Shown piece by piece: positions 42,725-47,882 of a DNA stretch of 47,882 nucleotides; position 1 is the first letter of the stretch; every line of letters starts with the position of its first letter. The position numbers and the translations under genes were made by a program. Source of the DNA: a virus. Taxonomy: Duplodnaviria > Heunggongvirae > Uroviricota > Caudoviricetes. The notes beneath the pieces are model-generated. The model did no database searches. It saw nothing but the letters and a program-made list of their open reading frames with translations, and was not told where the DNA came from. The stretch is taken from the IMG/VR virus record IMGVR_UViG_2897375277_000002. One strand, given 5' to 3'.

Positions 42725-42751
42725 CCCGGCCACCGTGCCGGGTTTTCTTTT
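42725..42751 (+). terminator. intrinsic terminator ending the cI / cargo operon
   Basis: CCCGGC-CACCGT-GCCGGG hairpin followed by TTTTCTTTT immediately after the ASCH gene stop. Confidence 0.7.
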
Positions 42752-42837
42752 GTCCCCTCATCACACAAACCGTTCGAAAAACCACCACATCCTCCCTTCA
42801 GTTATCGCTATGCGATGCAAGTCACAAAATTAATTCT

Positions 42838-42918
42838 TTTTGCTATCAAACAGTTAATATCAAAACACATCAATCAATAGCAATAAGTATTGATACAGCC
42901 AATAGCAATAGCTATTAT
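42838..42918 (+). promoter_or_regulatory. putative OL/PL: -35 TTGATA (42890-42895), 17-nt spacer, -10 TATTAT (42913-42918), with CAATAGCAAT operator copies at 42875-42884 and 42900-42909
   Basis: Consensus-like hexamers with 17-nt spacing on the + strand pointing toward gam/bet/exo; the operator motif is shared with OR. Confidence 0.55.
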
Positions 42919-42991
42919 CACCATGTCGCAACAACACAACGATACGGCAATCACCTGATTCACCGTTGCGATGACCGCTTAGATCCGCAGC

Positions 42992-43402
42992 TTGAATTTC
43001 AGCAGGCTCCGGGGAGTGCGAGGGGTGAAGCGGACGCGTGAACGTCGGTGTGACCAGCTGAAATCAACTCAACACCTCATACCTCAGTCGCTTCAACGAG
43101 GCGGCTTAGTTATGACAACCGGCGGCCATCCACCGCCTGAATACGCGCAGAAGTCTCTATATGTTCAGCAGCCCAGCTTACGGGCAGGAGTTTTTATGGT
43201 TCATCAACATTACGGAACGCAGACCGTTAATCGCGGTGCGGTCATGCCAGGAATGCTGGTCAAACACAAAGATGGTACCTGGACTGCATCAGCTAATTTA
43301 CGCGGACGGCTTTATCTGCATCGCGGCATCGAGCGCACTTATACCCGTGATTTGCTCGTGGAAGTTTTTCTCGACGGACGCGGTAACGGCCTGAATCGCT
43401 AA
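42992..43402 (+). CDS. hypothetical early-left protein with Arg-rich N-terminus (possible N/Nun-like antiterminator; start uncertain)
   Basis: ORF begins at TTG 42992; alternative in-frame GTG at 43016/43025 (…VKRTRERR…) or ATG at 43112. First ORF after the putative PL; no confident family match. Confidence 0.35.
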   Translation: MNFSRLRGVRGVKRTRERRCDQLKSTQHLIPQSLQRGGLVMTTGGHPPPEYAQKSLYVQQPSLRAGVFMVHQHYGTQTVNRGAVMPGMLVKHKDGTWTASANLRGRLYLHRGIERTYTRDLLVEVFLDGRGNGLNR

Positions 43403-43477
43403 TCCCCTTTCCTGTTTTCCTAATCAGCCTGGCATTTCGCGGGCGATATTTTCACAGCCATTTTCAGGAGTTCAGCC

Positions 43478-43774
43478 ATGAACGCTTATTACATTCAGGA
43501 TCGTCTTGAGGCTCAGAGCTGGGCGCGTCACTACCAGCAGATCGCCCGTGAAGAGAAAGAGGCAGAACTGGCAGACGACATGGAAAAAGGCCTGCCCCAG
43601 CACCTGTTTGAATCGCTATGCATCGATCATTTGCAACGCCACGGGGCCAGCAAAAAAGCCATTACCCGTGCGTTTGATGACGATGTTGGGTTTCAGGAGC
43701 GCATGGCAGAACACATCCGGTACATGGTTGAAACCATTGCTCACCACCAGGTTGATATTGATTCAGAGGTATAA
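43478..43774 (+). CDS. gam: Gam (RecBCD inhibitor), short form
   Basis: 98-aa [42 protein letters not shown]... matching lambda GamS; the in-frame upstream region has no start before a stop. Confidence 0.9.
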   Translation: MNAYYIQDRLEAQSWARHYQQIAREEKEAELADDMEKGLPQHLFESLCIDHLQRHGASKKAITRAFDDDVGFQERMAEHIRYMVETIAHHQVDIDSEV

Positions 43775-43779
43775 AACGG

Positions 43780-44565
43780 ATGAGTACAGCACTCGCAACG
43801 CTGGCAGGGAAGCTGGCTGAACGTGTCGGCATGGATTCTGTCGACCCACAGGAACTGATCACCACTCTTCGCCAGACGGCATTTAAAGGTGATGCCAGCG
43901 ATGCGCAGTTCATCGCATTGCTGATCGTCGCCAACCAGTACGGCCTTAATCCGTGGACGAAAGAAATTTACGCCTTCCCTGATAAGCAGAACGGCATTGT
44001 TCCGGTGGTGGGCGTTGATGGCTGGTCCCGCATCATCAATGAAAACCAGCAGTTTGATGGCATGGACTTTGAGCAGGACAATGAATCCTGTACATGCCGG
44101 ATTTACCGCAAGGACCGTAATCATCCGATCTGCGTTACCGAATGGATGGATGAATGCCGCCGCGAACCATTCAAAACCCGCGAAGGCAGAGAAATCACGG
44201 GGCCGTGGCAGTCGCATCCCAAACGGATGTTACGGCATAAAGCCATGATTCAGTGTGCCCGTCTGGCCTTCGGATTTGCTGGTATCTATGACAAGGATGA
44301 AGCCGAGCGCATTGTCGAAAATACTGCATACACTGCAGAACGTCAGCCAGAACGCGACATCACTCCGGTTAACGATGAAACCATGCAGGAGATTAACACT
44401 CTGCTGATCGCCCTGGATAAAACATGGGATGACGACTTATTGCCGCTCTGTTCCCAGATATTTCGCCGCGACATTCGCGCATCGTCAGAACTGACACAGG
44501 CCGAAGCAGTGAAAGCTCTTGGATTCCTGAAACAGAAAGCCACTGAGCAGAAGGTGGCAGCATGA
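43780..44565 (+). CDS. bet: Bet single-strand annealing protein (RecT family)
   Basis: 261-aa [40 protein letters not shown]... matching lambda Bet. Confidence 0.95.
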   Translation: MSTALATLAGKLAERVGMDSVDPQELITTLRQTAFKGDASDAQFIALLIVANQYGLNPWTKEIYAFPDKQNGIVPVVGVDGWSRIINENQQFDGMDFEQDNESCTCRIYRKDRNHPICVTEWMDECRREPFKTREGREITGPWQSHPKRMLRHKAMIQCARLAFGFAGIYDKDEAERIVENTAYTAERQPERDITPVNDETMQEINTLLIALDKTWDDDLLPLCSQIFRRDIRASSELTQAEAVKALGFLKQKATEQKVAA

Positions 44566-45242
44566 TACCGGACATTATCCTGCAGCGTACCGGGATCGAC
44601 GTGAGAGCTGTCGAACAGGGGGATGATGCATGGCACAAATTACGGCTCGGCGTCATCACCGCTTCAGAAGTTCACAACGTGATAGCAAAGCCCCGCTCAG
44701 GAAAGAAGTGGCCTGACATGAAAATGTCCTACTTCCACACCCTGCTGGCTGAGGTTTGCACCGGTGTGGCTCCGGAAGTTAATGCTAAGGCGCTGGCCTG
44801 GGGAAAACAGTACGAGAACGACGCCAGAACCCTGTTTGAATTCACTTCCGGCGTGAATGTTACTGAATCCCCGATCATCTATCGCGACGAAAGTATGCGC
44901 ACCGCCTGCTCTCCCGATGGTTTATGCAGTGACGGCAACGGCCTTGAACTGAAATGCCCGTTTACCTCCCGGGATTTCATGAAGTTCCGGCTCGGTGGTT
45001 TCGAGGCCATAAAATCGGCTTACATGGCCCAGGTGCAGTACAGCATGTGGGTGACGCGAAAAGATGCCTGGTACTTTGCCAACTATGACCCGCGCATGAA
45101 GCGTGAAGGCCTGCATTATGTCGTGATTGAGCGGAATGAAAAGTACATGGCGAGTTTTGACGAGATGGTGCCGGAGTTCATCGAAAAAATGGACGAGGCA
45201 CTGGCTGAAATTGGTTTTGTATTTGGGGAGCAATGGCGATGA
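44562..45242 (+). CDS. exo: lambda-type 5'-3' exonuclease Exo
   Basis: 226-aa [40 protein letters not shown]... matching lambda Exo. Confidence 0.95.
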   Translation: MIPDIILQRTGIDVRAVEQGDDAWHKLRLGVITASEVHNVIAKPRSGKKWPDMKMSYFHTLLAEVCTGVAPEVNAKALAWGKQYENDARTLFEFTSGVNVTESPIIYRDESMRTACSPDGLCSDGNGLELKCPFTSRDFMKFRLGGFEAIKSAYMAQVQYSMWVTRKDAWYFANYDPRMKREGLHYVVIERNEKYMASFDEMVPEFIEKMDEALAEIGFVFGEQWR

Positions 45243-45421
45243 CGCATCCTCACGATAATATCCGGGTAGGCGCGATCACTTTCGTCTACTCCGTTACAAA
45301 GCGAGGCTGGGTATTTCCCGGCCTTTCTGTTATCAGAAATCCACTGAAAGCACAGCGGCTGGCTGAGAAGATAAATAATAAACGGGAGGCGGTATGCACA
45401 AAGCATCTCCTGTTGAGTTAA
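45233..45421 (+). CDS. hypothetical protein (lambda orf60a-like)
   Basis: 62-aa [36 protein letters not shown]...; position downstream of exo as in lambda. Confidence 0.6.
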   Translation: MAMTHPHDNIRVGAITFVYSVTKRGWVFPGLSVIRNPLKAQRLAEKINNKREAVCTKHLLLS

Positions 45422-45579
45422 GAACGAGTATTGAGATGGCACATAGCCTTGCTCAAATTGGAGTCAGGTTTGTGCCAATACCAGTAGAAACAGACGAAGA
45501 ATTTCATACGTTAGCCACATCCCTTTCACAAAAGCTGGAAATGATGGTGGCGAAAGCAGAAGCAGATGAGAGAGACTAG
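45394..45579 (+). CDS. hypothetical protein (lambda orf63-like)
   Basis: 61-aa ORF with ATG; syntenic with lambda small ea-region ORFs. Confidence 0.55.
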   Translation: MHKASPVELRTSIEMAHSLAQIGVRFVPIPVETDEEFHTLATSLSQKLEMMVAKAEADERD

Positions 45580-45595
45580 GTATGACAACCACTGA

Positions 45596-45877
45596 ATGCA
45601 TTTTTCTGGCAGCGGGCTTCATATTCTGTGTGTTTATGCTTGCCGACATGGGGCTTGTTCAGTGACACCTCAGCAAGAAAACGCCCTTCGCAGCATTGCC
45701 CGTCAGGCTAATTCTGAAATCAAAAAAGCCAGACAGCAGTTTCCGGATAAAAACGTCGATGACATTTGCCGTAGCGTACTAAAGAAGCACCACGAAACGG
45801 TAACGCTAATGGGATTCACACCGACTCATTTAAGCCTGGCGATCGGCATGTTGAATGGCATCTTTAAGGAACGGTGA
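45596..45877 (+). CDS. hypothetical protein (lambda orf61-like; start uncertain)
   Basis: 93-aa ORF; the lambda-like portion begins near the in-frame GTG at 45662 (VTPQQENALRSIARQ...). Confidence 0.5.
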   Translation: MHFSGSGLHILCVYACRHGACSVTPQQENALRSIARQANSEIKKARQQFPDKNVDDICRSVLKKHHETVTLMGFTPTHLSLAIGMLNGIFKER

Positions 45878-45975
45878 ACATGAAAAGCAAAATCATCAGG
45901 GAGCTACAGGCTCCTTTTTTATTATTCGCATTTACCCTCAAGCGTATTAATCAACAATTCAGGGATTAATGAAAG

Positions 45976-46194
45976 ATGACAGACATCATTGATTCAGCAT
46001 CAGAAATCGAAGAATTACAGCGCAATACAGCAATAAAAATGCGTCGTCTGAACTACCAGACTGTATCCGCAACTCATTGTTGTGAGTGTGGCGATCCGAT
46101 AGATGAGCGAAGACGCCTGGCTGTTCAGGGTTGTCGGACTTGTGCAAGTTGCCAGGAGGAGATCGAACTTAAGAACAAACAATGGGGACTGTGA
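45976..46194 (+). CDS. TraR/DksA-family C4 zinc-finger protein
   Basis: 72-aa ORF with CxxC...CxxCxxC spacing (HCCECGDPIDERRRLAVQGCRTCASCQ). Confidence 0.65.
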   Translation: MTDIIDSASEIEELQRNTAIKMRRLNYQTVSATHCCECGDPIDERRRLAVQGCRTCASCQEEIELKNKQWGL

Positions 46195-46241
46195 TGGCCT
46201 CAAAGCAGCAAATTTCAACATCGTCCAACTGAGGTGTAAAA

Positions 46242-46520
46242 ATGTTCAGAATCATTTTTCCTAACACCTGGTACGTCGACCACCACGGCACTCCCTGCAA
46301 AATCCTGCGTTCTACCCACAACAAAGTTCACTACATCCGAAAAGGCAGAACATGTATCGCCAGCATGTTCCGCTTTAATCATGACTTTGAACCTGTGAAT
46401 AAAGCTGATGCAGATCGGATAGCAGAAGAGATCGAAACGGCAGAACACATTAAGAAGTTACGTGACATGCGTTCAAAAAGCAGAGGTAACCATGGAATCA
46501 TACAGCCTCACACTCGATGA
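46242..46520 (+). CDS. hypothetical protein
   Basis: 92-aa ORF with ATG; no family recognised; overlaps xis start by about 29 nt. Confidence 0.45.
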   Translation: MFRIIFPNTWYVDHHGTPCKILRSTHNKVHYIRKGRTCIASMFRFNHDFEPVNKADADRIAEEIETAEHIKKLRDMRSKSRGNHGIIQPHTR

Positions 46521-46863
46521 GGCCTGTCAGTTTCTTAAGATATCCAGACCAACCGCCACCAACTGGATACGAACAGGCCGCCTACAGGCAACACGCAAAG
46601 ATCCAACCAAGCCAAAATCTCCTTACCTCACAACACGGCAAGCCTGCATTGCGGCGCTTCAGTCTCCGCTGCATACTGTCCAGGTGAGCGCGGGTGATGG
46701 CATAACAGAGGAAAGAAAATGTCACTCTTCCGCAGAAATGAAATATGGTATGCCTCGTATTCGCTCCCGGGCGGGAAACGAATTAAGGAATCTCTTGGCA
46801 CAAAGGACAAGCGGCAAGCTCAGGAGTTGCACGACAAGCGAAAAGCAGAACTCTGGCGAGTAG
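46492..46863 (+). CDS. xis: excisionase-like protein (HTH)
   Basis: ATG with SD (AGGT); N-terminus [31 protein letters not shown] is an excisionase-type HTH; directly upstream of and overlapping int. Confidence 0.7.
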   Translation: MESYSLTLDEACQFLKISRPTATNWIRTGRLQATRKDPTKPKSPYLTTRQACIAALQSPLHTVQVSAGDGITEERKCHSSAEMKYGMPRIRSRAGNELRNLLAQRTSGKLRSCTTSEKQNSGE

Positions 46864-47882
46864 AAAAGCTAGGGGATTTACCTGATGTCACTTTTGAAGA
46901 GGCCTGCCTAAGATGGCTTGAGGAAAAAGCTGATAAAAAATCTCTCGATTCAGATAAAAGCCGGATTGAGTTCTGGCTTGAACATTTTGAGGGTATAAGG
47001 CTTAAAGATATCTCGGAGGCAAAGATTTACTCTGCTGTAAGCAGAATGCATAACAGAAAGACGAAAGAAATATGGAAACAGAAAGTTCAGGCCGCCATCA
47101 GGAAAGGTAAAGAACCGCCTGTTTATGAACCAAAGCCAGTATCAACTCAGACAAAGGCAAAGCATCTTGCCATGATAAAGGCCATTCTCCGTGCTGCAGA
47201 ACGCGACTGGAAGTGGCTGGAAAAAGCGCCTGTCATCAAGATACCAGCGGTCAGAAACAAGCGAGTCAGATGGCTGGAAAAGGAGGAAGCAAAACGCCTT
47301 ATTGATGAGTGCCCCGAACCACTGAAATCTGTCGTCAAGTTTGCGCTGGCAACTGGTCTGAGAAAGTCGAACATCATAAATCTGGAATGGCAACAAATCG
47401 ACATGCAGCGACGAGTTGCCTGGGTGAATCCAGAAGAGAGCAAATCAAACCGCGCCATTGGTGTGGCGCTGAACGATACCGCCTGTAAAGTGTTGCGTGA
47501 TCAAATAGGCAAGCATCACAAATGGGTGTTTGTACATACCAAGGCGGCTAAGCGAGCAGATGGAACATCAACGCCTGCGGTCAGGAAGATGCGCATCGAC
47601 AGCAAAACATCATGGCTATCAGCTTGTCGTCGTGCAGGAATTGAAGATTTCCGTTTCCATGACCTCAGACACACCTGGGCAAGCTGGCTGATTCAGTCAG
47701 GCGTCCCATTATCAGTGCTTCAGGAAATGGGCGGATGGGAGTCCATAGAAATGGTTCGTAGGTATGCTCACCTTGCGCCTAATCATTTGACAGAGCATGC
47801 GAGGAAAATAGACGACATTTTTGGTGATAATGTCCCAAATATGTCCCACTCTGGAATTATGGAGGATATAAAGAAGGCGTAA
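46719..47882 (+). CDS. int: tyrosine integrase (P22/DLP12 IntD-type)
   Basis: 387-aa [37 protein letters not shown]... with catalytic-region motifs ([10 protein letters not shown]...GGW...VRRYAHL); ends with TAA at the window edge. Confidence 0.95.
   Translation: MSLFRRNEIWYASYSLPGGKRIKESLGTKDKRQAQELHDKRKAELWRVEKLGDLPDVTFEEACLRWLEEKADKKSLDSDKSRIEFWLEHFEGIRLKDISEAKIYSAVSRMHNRKTKEIWKQKVQAAIRKGKEPPVYEPKPVSTQTKAKHLAMIKAILRAAERDWKWLEKAPVIKIPAVRNKRVRWLEKEEAKRLIDECPEPLKSVVKFALATGLRKSNIINLEWQQIDMQRRVAWVNPEESKSNRAIGVALNDTACKVLRDQIGKHHKWVFVHTKAAKRADGTSTPAVRKMRIDSKTSWLSACRRAGIEDFRFHDLRHTWASWLIQSGVPLSVLQEMGGWESIEMVRRYAHLAPNHLTEHARKIDDIFGDNVPNMSHSGIMEDIKKA

Noticed and set aside
47800-47882. Phage attachment site / tRNA target expected next to int
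   Set aside because: The window ends at the int stop codon; the att core would lie beyond the window and cannot be assessed.

Overview
This window is an almost complete lambdoid prophage, drawn in reverse orientation to the canonical lambda map (tail genes at low coordinates, integrase at the 3' end). All calls rest on reading the supplied ORF translations against remembered protein families and on motifs read directly from the DNA; no database search or alignment was run, so family assignments are recognition-based and coordinates of DNA motifs are hand-counted (possible +/-1 errors). Layout, left to right: tail fiber genes tfa and stf, lom, the tail genes J-I-K-L-M-H-T/G, the major tail gene V split by an IS66-family insertion sequence, U-Z-FII-FI, head genes E-D-C/Nu3-B-W, terminase A/Nu1 and cos (all minus strand). 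Then a small RHH gene, a Rha-family gene, a phage-21-type lysis cassette (pinholin S, SAR endolysin R, Rz/Rz1), a three-gene cargo island between the lysis genes and Q, and a DLP12-like nin/cargo region (ylcG, rusA, ybcO, ninE, ybcN, ybcM, ybcL, ybcK, emrE). Next come ren, P, O with ori iterons, a cII-position gene and cro, divergent from cI. Downstream of cI, at the slot lambda uses for rexAB, sits an AT-rich two-gene module (a GNAT-like protein plus an ASCH-domain protein) followed by a terminator; this is the strongest candidate for an undescribed exclusion or defence system. After it come a putative OL/PL, an unusually compact early-left region (no recognisable N, cIII or kil), gam-bet-exo, small ea-type ORFs, xis and a P22/DLP12-type integrase. 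No tRNA, rRNA or CRISPR array was recognised.
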